This document shows, one piece after another, positions 44,685-54,067 of a stretch of DNA of 63,352 nt (positions within the stretch are counted from its first letter, which is position 1; every line of letters starts with the position of its first letter). Origin of the DNA: Nanobdellota archaeon (lineage in GTDB: Archaea > Nanobdellota > Nanobdellia > Woesearchaeales > GCA-2686295); assembly GCA_018817005.1 (NCBI GenBank), contig JAHIUF010000031.1:1-63352 (forward strand), in the 5' to 3' direction. The position numbers were made by a program, and so were the translations under genes. Below the pieces are notes generated by a model. The model did no database searches. It was not told the origin of the DNA and saw only the letters and a list, made by a program, of their open reading frames with translations.

Positions 44685-46982
44685 TTGGTCGATAATTTTA
44701 GTGATGCCTCTATAACTTATGAAACTCAGAGACAAGGAGAGGATAATATTCTGAAGATTGATTGTGAGAATTTAATTAAAATGCCCTCTATTGAGGATGA
44801 TGAATTCTTTATGGCAAAGGCTTGCGAACTCCTTGTTGAAAATAAAGGTGTTACGAAAATTGTTTTTACTCAAAAAAGGGATTATGAATATGATTATGCT
44901 CAAACTAACATTCTTTTAGAGATTGCACTACTTTATAATCAGCTCATAAAAAACAAGGAGCTTTTCAGCTATAATGCTTTAAAAAATTATGGTCTTAAAG
45001 GAAATCTTGAAAGATGGTATAATGAAGTTCATAATGTTATATTTAACATGTTAAAAAAAGATCCTGCTGGTTGCTACGTTACTCTTAAAAGAATTGTTAG
45101 ACGTGACATGATTGCGCTTGAAAAAACAGTGGATACAAAAGCCAAACAAGCACATAATAAATATTTAGAAATTTTGAAATATATTCTCAAACTTTTAGAG
45201 AATACAAAGCTTATAACCATTCTTAAACCCTATCTTGCCGGACACTCACCTGGAGATAGAGAAATTTATAGAAAAATCTTTAGTCCTTCAATAAAACCGG
45301 ATTTCATGTTTACAAAATTAATGGCCACTTATCCTAAACAAGCTTTAGAACTTGACAGTTACACTGTTGGTGATAATGAAATAATTATATTTGAACTTCC
45401 GGACACAATACAGTACTTATATCACATTGTTCCTCCAGAATTTCGTCTTGAAGAGGATGAATATGAACTACTTGATCTTGCAAGAGGTATACTTTCAGAG
45501 CACAAACCTGAAAAACAAGAGTTTGTAGATCCTGAACGTATGAGGGAAGTGTTTTCTAATGTTGGTCATGATCTTATTGAAGAATTAGCAAATTATCACA
45601 ATATTAAACTCACTCCAAAAAAAATTAATACCTTAACAAATATACTGATAAGATATACAGTGGGTTTTGGACTTATAGAGGTTCTTTTGGAGGATAAAAA
45701 AGTTCAAGACATAACTATAAACAGCCCTATGGGTCAAATACCTATGTTTTTAGTGCATCAAGATTTTGGAGATTGTCAAACAAACATTATTCCTACAGTT
45801 AATGATGGCGAATCATGGGCTTCAAAATTAAGACTTATTTCTGGAAGACCGCTTGATGAAGCAAATCCTGTTCTTGACACAGAAATATTTATTCCTGAAG
45901 TTGCAAATGCGAGAGTTGGTGTTATTGCACCACCATTAAATCCTTTGGGAATAGCTTATGCTTTTAGAAGACACAGGGATAAGCCATGGACTCTGCCTCT
46001 TTTTGTAAAAAATCGAATGTTAACACCTCTTGCAGCAGGAATTTTAAGTTTTATAATTGATGGGAGTAGAACATTACTTATTGCTGGAACTAGAAGTGCT
46101 GGAAAAACATCGCTTCTTGGCTCTTTGTTGATTGAAATTATGCGAAAATATCGTATAATAACTATTGAAGATACATTAGAGCTTCCAACAACTAGTCTTC
46201 GAAAGTTAGGTTATAATGTTCAACCGATGAAAGTAGCTTCTGCTCTTTCAAAAGGTAGTTCTGAAGTGCCTGCTGATGAAGGTATAAGAACCACCTTAAG
46301 ATTAGGAGATTCATGTTTAATTGTTGGTGAAGTTAGAAGCACAGAAGCTAGCGCTCTTTATGAAGCAATGAGGGTTGGAGCTCTCGCCAATGTTGTTGCA
46401 GGAACTATTCACGGCGATTCGCCTTATGGTGTATTTGACAGGGTTGTTAATGATTTAAAAGTTCCAAGAACGAGTTTTAAGGCTACAGACATAATTGTTG
46501 TTGCAAACCCTATTAAAAGTGCTGATGGTCTTCACAAGTGGCGTAGAGTAACGCAGATAAGCGAGGTTAGGAAGCAATGGGAGGATGATCCTCTTCGTGA
46601 AAATGGTTTTGTAGATTTAATGAAATACAATTCTAAAACTGATGAGCTCGAACCTAGTGATGCTCTTATAAATGGTGATAGCGAAATTTTAAAAGCAATT
46701 GCTGGAAATGTTAAAGAATGGGCTGGAAATTGGGATGCTGTTTGGGATAATATTCTTTTGAGAACTAAGATTAAGGAAGAATTAATTAATATTTCAGAAA
46801 AAGAAGGAAATCTTGATTTATTAGAAGCACCATTTGTAATTCAATGTAATGATGAATTTCATCGAATCAGCTATAAGGTTAAAGAGAAAAAAGGTGTTTT
46901 AGACTCTGATGCAATCTTTTTTGAGTGGTCTGAATGGGTGAAAAGAGAAGTGAAAAAACTCAATATTCAAAATGAAAAATGA
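44685..46982 (+). CDS. Type II/IV secretion-family ATPase, archaeal FlaI/PilB-like, with a long N-terminal region
   Basis: Walker A AGTRSAGKTS, IITIEDTLEL, Walker B-like GEVRSTEA and His box GTIHGDSP. The probable TTG start at 44685 lies 5 nt after GGAGGTG. The tracked ORF start at 44580 overlaps the divergent gene. Confidence 0.8.
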   Translation: MVDNFSDASITYETQRQGEDNILKIDCENLIKMPSIEDDEFFMAKACELLVENKGVTKIVFTQKRDYEYDYAQTNILLEIALLYNQLIKNKELFSYNALKNYGLKGNLERWYNEVHNVIFNMLKKDPAGCYVTLKRIVRRDMIALEKTVDTKAKQAHNKYLEILKYILKLLENTKLITILKPYLAGHSPGDREIYRKIFSPSIKPDFMFTKLMATYPKQALELDSYTVGDNEIIIFELPDTIQYLYHIVPPEFRLEEDEYELLDLARGILSEHKPEKQEFVDPERMREVFSNVGHDLIEELANYHNIKLTPKKINTLTNILIRYTVGFGLIEVLLEDKKVQDITINSPMGQIPMFLVHQDFGDCQTNIIPTVNDGESWASKLRLISGRPLDEANPVLDTEIFIPEVANARVGVIAPPLNPLGIAYAFRRHRDKPWTLPLFVKNRMLTPLAAGILSFIIDGSRTLLIAGTRSAGKTSLLGSLLIEIMRKYRIITIEDTLELPTTSLRKLGYNVQPMKVASALSKGSSEVPADEGIRTTLRLGDSCLIVGEVRSTEASALYEAMRVGALANVVAGTIHGDSPYGVFDRVVNDLKVPRTSFKATDIIVVANPIKSADGLHKWRRVTQISEVRKQWEDDPLRENGFVDLMKYNSKTDELEPSDALINGDSEILKAIAGNVKEWAGNWDAVWDNILLRTKIKEELINISEKEGNLDLLEAPFVIQCNDEFHRISYKVKEKKGVLDSDAIFFEWSEWVKREVKKLNIQNEK

Positions 46983-49200
46983 TGATAAATCGTTTGAAAA
47001 ATTCAAGGAGAAATACCAAGCACGTATTAAATCAGAGTTTGATGGACGAACAGACAATTTAAGACCAATAAACTCGAGAGAGTATTCTGATTTTAAAAAA
47101 GAATATCTTCCTAAGCATTTAACAATTTATGAAAAGCTTTGTAATTTTTCTGAAAAGGTTGTTCAGATAAAACCTGACAAAAAAAAAATTCCTGAACTTC
47201 AAGAAGCAATTGATATCTGCCATTTAAATATAACACCTACTGGTACAACTAGTTTTGCGATTGTAATCCCTTTATTCATTATTATTATAGGTTTAATATT
47301 TGGATACCTTTTACCTTTTCTAATTTCAGGCGAAGCAGGATTATTTTTCTTATCCATATCTGTAATTATAGGTTTAAGTCTGATGGTGCCTTTAGGGAAA
47401 ATTCCTTTTCTTTTTTCTAATAACTGGCGTATGAAATCCAGCAACCAGATGGTTTTATGTATTTTTTATGTCGTAACACATATGAGGCACACTTCTAATC
47501 TAGAGCTGGCAATTGATTTTGCAGCCGAACACTTAACGCCCCCATTATCAATTGATTTAAAAAAAGTTGTTTGGGATATTGAAACTCAGAAGTTTAGTTC
47601 TATAAAAGAGTCTCTTGATACATATCTTGAATCTTGGAGAAAATGGAATCAGGAATTTATTGAAAGTATGCACTTAATAGAATCTTCCCTTTATGAAAAT
47701 TCTGAAGATAGAAGAGTTAACGCTCTTGATAAAAGTCTTTCAGTTATGCTTGAAGAAACCTATGAAAGAATGCTTCATTTTTCTCAGAATCTAAAATCTC
47801 CAATAACCACTCTTCACATGATGGGTATTGTTCTTCCAATTTTGGGTCTTGTTATTCTTCCTTTAGTTGTAAGCTTCATGTCAAATGTTAAATGGTATCA
47901 TTTATTTACTCTTTATAATGTTATTCTTCCTGGAGCGGTTTATTATATGAGTCGTATTATTCTTTCTAAAAGACCTACGGGCTATGGTGATTCTGATATT
48001 AGTCAAAAATTTTATGGTTTGCAAAAATATAAAAAAATATTGATTAAAATCGGCTCTTCAGAAATCAGAATTTCTCCTGCAATTCTGTGTTTTTTAATAT
48101 TTGGAGTGCTCTTTTTTATTGGAATTTCTCCTTTATTAATTCATCAAATGTTACCTAATTTTGATTGTAGCATTGGTTCTAGGGGTTTGTCTTGTTTACC
48201 TATGAGAAGTCATCCTGATGCAAAATATTATTTTCTTGGTTATCGTGATGAAATTATTGATGGTTACTCCACAGGAAAAATTGTTGGTCCTTTTGGTTTG
48301 GGCGCGACTCTTTTAAGTACTGGTATTCCTTTAAGTTTTGGTATTGCAATAGGACTTTTTTATAAGATTCGCTCAAAAAAACTCATTAAGATTCGTGAAC
48401 AAACAAAAAAACTTGAAGGGGAGTTCGCTTCTGCTTTGTTTCAGCTTGGAAACAGACTTGGCGATGGGTTGCCTGCAGAGATTGCATTTAGTAAGGTTGC
48501 AAAGATGATGGAAGGAACTCATTCTGGTAGATTTTTTGAAGATGTTAGTATGAATATTCAAAAGCTTGGGATGAGTGTAAAACAAGCTATTTTTGATGAA
48601 AAGTCAGGTGCCATAAACAATTATCCTTCACCAATAATTGAAAGTTCAATGAAAGTGCTTATTGAAAGTAGCAAAAAAGGTCCTATCATTGCAAGTCAAG
48701 CGCTGATTAACGTTTCTAGTTACATAAAAGACATGCATCGAGTTGATGAGCGTTTAAAAGATTTGATGGCTGATGATATTAGCAGTATGAAAGCTCAAGT
48801 TGCTTTTTTAACACCTGCAATAACTGGTATTGTTATTGGTATTACTAGTATGATTACTACAATTCTTGGTACTTTAACTGAGAAAATAACTTTGCTTACA
48901 ACTCAAGCTCAAGATGGGAGTGCAAATATGAGTTCTATTATGGGCATGTTTGGAACTGGTGTGCCTACTTATTTTTTTCAGATAATAGTTGGTTTATACG
49001 TTGTTCAAATCGTTTACATCTTAACTATTCTTATTAATGGTATAGAGAATGGTGCTGATAAATTAAGTGAGCGATACATGGTGGGAAACAATCTTTTTAA
49101 GACAACTATAACTTATTCTGTTATTGCGTTTATCATCATATTAATATTTAATATGATTGCAGGCAGTATTTTAACATCTGTTAGTATTAGTGTTACTTAG
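46972..49200 (+). CDS. FlaJ/TadC/PilC-like polytopic platform protein (T2SS-F family)
   Basis: Two helical cytoplasmic T2SSF-like domains alternate with TM bundles. Overlaps the ATPase gene by 11 nt. Confidence 0.7.
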   Translation: MKNDDKSFEKFKEKYQARIKSEFDGRTDNLRPINSREYSDFKKEYLPKHLTIYEKLCNFSEKVVQIKPDKKKIPELQEAIDICHLNITPTGTTSFAIVIPLFIIIIGLIFGYLLPFLISGEAGLFFLSISVIIGLSLMVPLGKIPFLFSNNWRMKSSNQMVLCIFYVVTHMRHTSNLELAIDFAAEHLTPPLSIDLKKVVWDIETQKFSSIKESLDTYLESWRKWNQEFIESMHLIESSLYENSEDRRVNALDKSLSVMLEETYERMLHFSQNLKSPITTLHMMGIVLPILGLVILPLVVSFMSNVKWYHLFTLYNVILPGAVYYMSRIILSKRPTGYGDSDISQKFYGLQKYKKILIKIGSSEIRISPAILCFLIFGVLFFIGISPLLIHQMLPNFDCSIGSRGLSCLPMRSHPDAKYYFLGYRDEIIDGYSTGKIVGPFGLGATLLSTGIPLSFGIAIGLFYKIRSKKLIKIREQTKKLEGEFASALFQLGNRLGDGLPAEIAFSKVAKMMEGTHSGRFFEDVSMNIQKLGMSVKQAIFDEKSGAINNYPSPIIESSMKVLIESSKKGPIIASQALINVSSYIKDMHRVDERLKDLMADDISSMKAQVAFLTPAITGIVIGITSMITTILGTLTEKITLLTTQAQDGSANMSSIMGMFGTGVPTYFFQIIVGLYVVQIVYILTILINGIENGADKLSERYMVGNNLFKTTITYSVIAFIIILIFNMIAGSILTSVSISVT

Positions 49201-49337
49201 AAATTTTCTTATAAGTTTTTTCATCATTAAATTCAAGAAAATTATTGAGCGACACAATCAACACATAAATAAATAGCATAGAAATAAAATGTCTTATCTT
49301 TCTTTCGGGGTATTTTTTGAATTCCATTTTTGTAGAA

Positions 49338-49441
49338 TGGGAACGCTGGGATTTGAACCCAGGACACCTACGTTTCGACAGTATTTGAATGAATTCAAAA
49401 ACGCTTCAGCGTAGTGCTCTCCCAGTCTGAGCTACGTTCCC
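49338..49441 (-). tRNA. tRNA-Phe(GAA) with a ~30-nt intron next to the anticodon loop
   Basis: The reverse complement reads GGGAACG-TA-GCTC-AGACTGGGA-GAGC-A-CTACG-CTGAAG-[30 nt]-A-CGTAG-GTGTC-CTGGG-TTCAAAT-CCCAG-CGTTCCC-A. D and T loops are canonical, with G37. Confidence 0.9.
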
Positions 49442-49729
49442 TTATTCTACTTTTTCAATAGTTCCTTTTCTTCCAGTTGTGACTTGGAGGTTTCCTTGCC
49501 ACTCATTCACAGAAGCATCTTTTAAGTGAATTTTCATACCAACTTGTACTAAGTCTATTTGTTCATTCCAAAGTGTTAAGGTTATTTCTCCAGAGTTATC
49601 TTTTACTGTTGCACTAGCAACTCTTCCGGGTTTCCCAAATTTTTGGAATTCTCTAATAGGACCTATTTCTACAACGTCCACTTTTAATTCAACATCTGTC
49701 TGCTTTGCTTGTAGTTCTTTTATTTTCAT
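49442..49729 (-). CDS. Single OB-fold nucleic-acid-binding protein (SSB/RPA-like)
   Basis: 95-aa protein with an OB pattern ...GRVASATVKDNSGEITLTLWNEQ...GNLQVTTG. The stop codon abuts the tRNA-Phe 5' end. Confidence 0.6.
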   Translation of the reverse strand: MKIKELQAKQTDVELKVDVVEIGPIREFQKFGKPGRVASATVKDNSGEITLTLWNEQIDLVQVGMKIHLKDASVNEWQGNLQVTTGRKGTIEKVE

Positions 49730-49768
49730 GATAGTGAATGAAAAAACAGCATTCTTTTTTAAACTTTT

Positions 49769-52015
49769 TCATAAGTTTTCGTTAACTTCTTCTTTTAGAA
49801 CGCTTATTAACTCTTCTTTTGTCTTTGAATCACTTATTTTTTTGGCCAGTCTTGGCAGTTCAAATACTCCTAAAATCCAGCTTGCAAAGTCGTTTTTGTC
49901 TGTTGAAACATGGTTTTCAAAGACTTCTTGTGGCATCACGCGCAGGTAACTTTCAAGGTCTGCAATTGATTTTAAGATTACTTTGTTTGAAAGATAGAAA
50001 TATTTGTTTTTATCTGTTGGTTCTTCACAAAATTTTTGATTGACTTTTAATTGTTCTATTGGTTTGTTGTTTATTTCTTCTGTTTCTTCTTGTTCTTGTT
50101 TGGTTTCTTTTGTTTCTTTTTCAACAAGCACCTGCTTAGATTCTGGTTTTGATTCTTTTTTTATTTTCTCTGACTCTTGTATTTTAGTTTGTGGTTCTTC
50201 TTCAGTAAATTTTAAAGCTTTTATTAACTCATCTTTTTTGTCTAAATTATTTATTTTCTTGGCTAGTTTTTCATTTTCAAAAACGTAATTCACAAAATCA
50301 CTAAAATCATTTTTCTCTGTTCCTGCGTGTTTTAAAAAAGTTTTTTCACTAATTCTTTCTAAATATTTTATTAATTGTTTTTTTGTTGTGATGTTTTTTG
50401 GTATTCCAAATAAATGATTCTTTTGGTACTCAATAAAAAGTATTACTGGCAGAATTATAATGAATGTTAGGATAACAAGTATTGTGAATAAGAAGTTAAA
50501 TTTTGTTTTTGTTGTTTTTGGTTGTTCTATTAATTTACTTGTTTCTTCTGTTTCTTTTGTTTTTGTGATTGTTATTTTTTCGCAGTCTGTTTTTGTGTCA
50601 TCTTTTGTTATCAAATCAACACATAATTCAAATTCTCCTTCTTTTAAATCTGAAGCTGAGAAACTATATTGATTTAGATCTGAATTTTTATCAATTGTTA
50701 TTGTTTGTCTTTTTAATATTCTTAGTAAGTCATCATTCTGTTTAACATAAAAAACCGTTTCTGCATCTTCTATGTCTCTTTTTAAAAAGTTTAAAACTTT
50801 GTAAGCTATGACAACTTCTTGCCCGACAGGAATATTTGAATTTTTAATTTGTACGTCGCCATATATCTCTTCATCAATTATAGAAACAACTATTGTTATT
50901 GTTTTTTCAAAACTAGCAAATTTGATTGTAAAGCTGTATGTATCAACTCCAATAGACGCATCTTCTGGAACATTTAGATGAAGATTTATTGAATTCTTAT
51001 CATTTGCAGGAATGTCTATAGTATTTGTTTCAAGAGATAAATATCTCATTTCTGGCTTTAAGTCTAAAGTTAACGTTAAGTCATGATTGGATTTGCTTAT
51101 TAGTTGTATTGAATGTATTTTTTGCTCTCCTTTTGTTGCTTCTATTGTTATTAGTTCAGGAACCATTGTTATTGCAGTTATTGTATCTGTTTCTTCTTCC
51201 ACTTCTTGGGTGCTAGTGCTAATAAAGGAACTACTGCTGGAGCTTCCCCCACTACTTGTGCTTACAACAACACAGGTTTTTGACACTAGTGGTTTGTTTA
51301 TCACAGTCCCACAATCATTCACATCAAAACATAATCTTGAACCACAGTCATCTCCAGACCACGCTTCACAAACCCAGTTTTCTTCACAATATCCTTGTAT
51401 TGAAAAGTATTGATTTGATGTGTGAAATCCAGAAAATTCCGCTGTGTTATTTATTATTTGTAAATTAAAAGTATTGGTTTTATCGATGAAATCAGACCCA
51501 TTATTCCAATACAAACTATAACCTGTATGATTTTCACTTATTGCTGTTGATGCAGAAACATTTGTAAAATGATTTTGTGCTTGAACAGTTATGTTTTTTT
51601 CATAATAAGCTATTGTTATTACTTCTGAATCTTCAACTATTATTGGAGCTAAAACTTCAAACTCCAAAACTGCAATTGTATCTTTTTTTGCTTCCCAGAA
51701 TAAATGTGTTTGAGTTTCAGTAACTATTGTTTCATTTCCTTCTTCGAAAACCGCCCAGTTAAATCCATTAGTCCAGCCTGTTGGTTTTTCTATATTAACA
51801 TTTTTGTTTTCATCCAGATTATAAATTAGTGGTATTCTTATGCTTATGTTTGGACCGTTTGTATTAACAGTTTTATTCAATTGTTCGGTTTGATTAAGAT
51901 TATATTGAACTTCTGGTTGAACAACTGTAATACCTATGTCAAAACTTGCTGCAATTGAAAATATTGCAGTTATGAAAAGCAGAATGATTAATTTGAAGTT
52001 ATTTTTTCCATTCAT
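49769..52015 (-). CDS. Single-pass surface protein whose cytoplasmic tail carries two copies of the recurrent NDF domain
   Basis: N-terminal signal anchor, Cys-rich and beta-sandwich ectodomains, and a poly-Ser linker. TM FNFLFTILVILTFIIILPVILFI is followed by a basic tail with GTEKNDFSDFV...LAKKI and YFYLSNKV...HVSTDKNDFASWILGVF..LAKKI. Confidence 0.7.
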   Translation of the reverse strand: MNGKNNFKLIILLFITAIFSIAASFDIGITVVQPEVQYNLNQTEQLNKTVNTNGPNISIRIPLIYNLDENKNVNIEKPTGWTNGFNWAVFEEGNETIVTETQTHLFWEAKKDTIAVLEFEVLAPIIVEDSEVITIAYYEKNITVQAQNHFTNVSASTAISENHTGYSLYWNNGSDFIDKTNTFNLQIINNTAEFSGFHTSNQYFSIQGYCEENWVCEAWSGDDCGSRLCFDVNDCGTVINKPLVSKTCVVVSTSSGGSSSSSSFISTSTQEVEEETDTITAITMVPELITIEATKGEQKIHSIQLISKSNHDLTLTLDLKPEMRYLSLETNTIDIPANDKNSINLHLNVPEDASIGVDTYSFTIKFASFEKTITIVVSIIDEEIYGDVQIKNSNIPVGQEVVIAYKVLNFLKRDIEDAETVFYVKQNDDLLRILKRQTITIDKNSDLNQYSFSASDLKEGEFELCVDLITKDDTKTDCEKITITKTKETEETSKLIEQPKTTKTKFNFLFTILVILTFIIILPVILFIEYQKNHLFGIPKNITTKKQLIKYLERISEKTFLKHAGTEKNDFSDFVNYVFENEKLAKKINNLDKKDELIKALKFTEEEPQTKIQESEKIKKESKPESKQVLVEKETKETKQEQEETEEINNKPIEQLKVNQKFCEEPTDKNKYFYLSNKVILKSIADLESYLRVMPQEVFENHVSTDKNDFASWILGVFELPRLAKKISDSKTKEELISVLKEEVNENL

Positions 52016-52997
52016 GTTCTATTGCTTTCATCATTTCTTCTTTTGTTTGACAAAACTTCATTGTTTTTGCGAGTTCTGGTTTTTTAAATACTCCTAAAAC
52101 CCAGTTCGAGAAGTCGTTTTTGTCTGTTGAAACATGTATTTTAAAGGTTTCTTGTGGCATTACACGTAAATAATAGTAAATATCCATTATGCTTTTCAGT
52201 GTTGTTCCGTTGTGAAAGTAGAAGTATTGGTCTTGTGATTCTGCAGGTTGTTCTAATTCTTTTTTGATTTCAGTTGCATCTTTTATTTTTTGTTCATCTG
52301 GTATTGCAGTTTCACTTTTTAGTTCTTGTTTTTCTTCTTCATCTGTTGTTTCTGGTTTTATTTCTTTTTTTAGTTTTATTTGTTCTTTTTTTTGTTTGTT
52401 ATCTTTTTGTATAGTTTTATCTTTTTTGAGTAATTTTTCTGATAGAAGATTGCTTTTTTTTACAAGACCTATAAATATCCCTGCTAGAATAACAATTGAT
52501 AATATTCCTATTAGTATACTTTTTACAGTTCTTATTCTTTTTGGAGTTTCTTCTCTTGCTTTTTTCATTATGTATTTGTTATAACCAACTCCGTCTTCAT
52601 TTACAATTACTACATCAAAAGATCGTCTAATTCTCATATTCATTCCTATTTGTCCTCCATCACTACTTGTTTGAGGTTCTACGGCGTAGGTTACAGTATA
52701 ATAATCTCCTATTTTTGCATTTTTTGGACAAGTTATTTTTATGAATAATTCATTATCAAAAGATTTTGGTGAAAGATTGTATGTTGGGTTTTTATCGGTG
52801 AGTTCTGCTACTTCACTTTCAAGGGTTATCTTAACATTTACAGATACATCTTCAGGGTTTTGTAGTGTAAGTCTTACAAAATGGCTTTCACCTTTTAAAA
52901 GTCTTAAAGTGTTATCTTCCATGTAATCTTGAGCTACGCCTAATCCGTATGATAAAGGTATGGTTAATAACAATATAAGTATTAAAAACTGTTTCAT
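51999..52997 (-). CDS. Single-pass surface protein whose cytoplasmic tail carries one copy of the recurrent NDF domain
   Basis: Signal peptide, a ~150-aa ectodomain, TM ILIGILSIVILAGIFIGLV, and a K/E-rich linker. C-terminal YFYFHNGTT...HVSTDKNDFSNWVLGVF..LAKTM. 17-nt overlap with the next gene. Confidence 0.7.
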   Translation of the reverse strand: MKQFLILILLLTIPLSYGLGVAQDYMEDNTLRLLKGESHFVRLTLQNPEDVSVNVKITLESEVAELTDKNPTYNLSPKSFDNELFIKITCPKNAKIGDYYTVTYAVEPQTSSDGGQIGMNMRIRRSFDVVIVNEDGVGYNKYIMKKAREETPKRIRTVKSILIGILSIVILAGIFIGLVKKSNLLSEKLLKKDKTIQKDNKQKKEQIKLKKEIKPETTDEEEKQELKSETAIPDEQKIKDATEIKKELEQPAESQDQYFYFHNGTTLKSIMDIYYYLRVMPQETFKIHVSTDKNDFSNWVLGVFKKPELAKTMKFCQTKEEMMKAIEHEWKK

Positions 52998-53086
52998 CTT
53001 CTTTCATTTTAAGAATTATACTATTAAATATTTTCGTTTTTAATTAAAAGAAAAAGAAAATAAAAAAAAATTAAATTTTAAATTCT

Positions 53087-53950
53087 TTAGTTGTAGGCTT
53101 CAATCAACCAGTTAGTAGTTGAATTCGTACTATATGTACCATTACTTAGTCCTGATGGCAAGTCCAACCAAACATATAAATTCTGTGTCGAGTTTACAGA
53201 TAAGCTTGCACCAGTTATTAGGATGTTACTTCCTACAGCCATACCTGCTGCATCTGCTGTTGCGTTTACTGTAAAGTTTCCAGCGCCAATCGTATCTTCA
53301 CCATTGGTTAAAGAATGCCCTGTTATGTTTATCTTTGTAAATGCGCCATTTCCTGTGTTATTCAGTACTTGTGGGTCGTCTGATGCGTTTAAACCTGTGG
53401 CTCCTGGTGATGCTGAGTTAAAGTTTATATTTGACTGTTCTAGCGTGAATGCGTATAACGTATCATATGTCATCGTGTTTGCATTCGAGTCATTAGCCAC
53501 TGCTGCTGCTCCATCAATAGCTCTTACACTTATATCCCATGAAGCCGATGATTCATCGTAATAATTCATGTTGATTGTACAATCAACTCCTCTGATGTTT
53601 CCTCCAGTCCATGCTCCGTAATCTGCACAACTTGCACTTGATCTTGTTACTCCATTAAATGTTACGTTTGCTGATGCCTGTGTCGGATTAACATCTGTGT
53701 ATCCGTTTGTATCTGTTACATTGAAGTATATGTGAACTGCAGTTGTTGTTCCTTCTGTTGGTGTTCCTGAAGCTGCAGATACTCCTGTAATAGTCGGTGC
53801 AGCGTTGCTTATTACAACTGATATGTTGAAGTATTTCTGTGTGTTGTTTGCTCCAAAGGCTTGTCCTATTACTGGTGTGAACAAACCAATTAGCGTTATT
53901 ACGCACAATATTGTTGTCAGAAATATTATTGTGATTTTTTTTGAGCTCAT
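53087..53950 (-). CDS. Secreted protein paralogous to the C-terminal ~240 aa of the giant surface protein
   Basis: Aligns along its mature length with the giant ORF tail (APTIT..., LYAF.LE...GLNASDDPQ(V/I)LNNTGN...GNFTVNAT...YVWLDLP...NGTY.TNSTT.WLIEAYN*). ATG at 53950 follows GAGGT. Confidence 0.7.
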   Translation of the reverse strand: MSSKKITIIFLTTILCVITLIGLFTPVIGQAFGANNTQKYFNISVVISNAAPTITGVSAASGTPTEGTTTAVHIYFNVTDTNGYTDVNPTQASANVTFNGVTRSSASCADYGAWTGGNIRGVDCTINMNYYDESSASWDISVRAIDGAAAVANDSNANTMTYDTLYAFTLEQSNINFNSASPGATGLNASDDPQVLNNTGNGAFTKINITGHSLTNGEDTIGAGNFTVNATADAAGMAVGSNILITGASLSVNSTQNLYVWLDLPSGLSNGTYSTNSTTNWLIEAYN

Positions 53951-54067
53951 TTTTTTGTTAAACCTCACAAATTAATGTATTTTTTAGTATACTGGTGCCT
54001 TTTTAGATATATTCATATATAAATGTTTCGATTTTCTGATGTTTTGAATATAGAAAAGGCGAAAAAA

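Noticed and set aside
53087-53950. Whether the 293-aa protein is a type IV pilin with a class III signal peptide, which would supply the missing pilin for the FlaI/FlaJ pair.
   Set aside because: The N-terminus (MSSKKITIIFLTTILCVITLIGLF...GQAFG) lacks the [KR]-[GA] cleavage motif before the hydrophobic stretch. It looks like an ordinary Sec signal or signal anchor.
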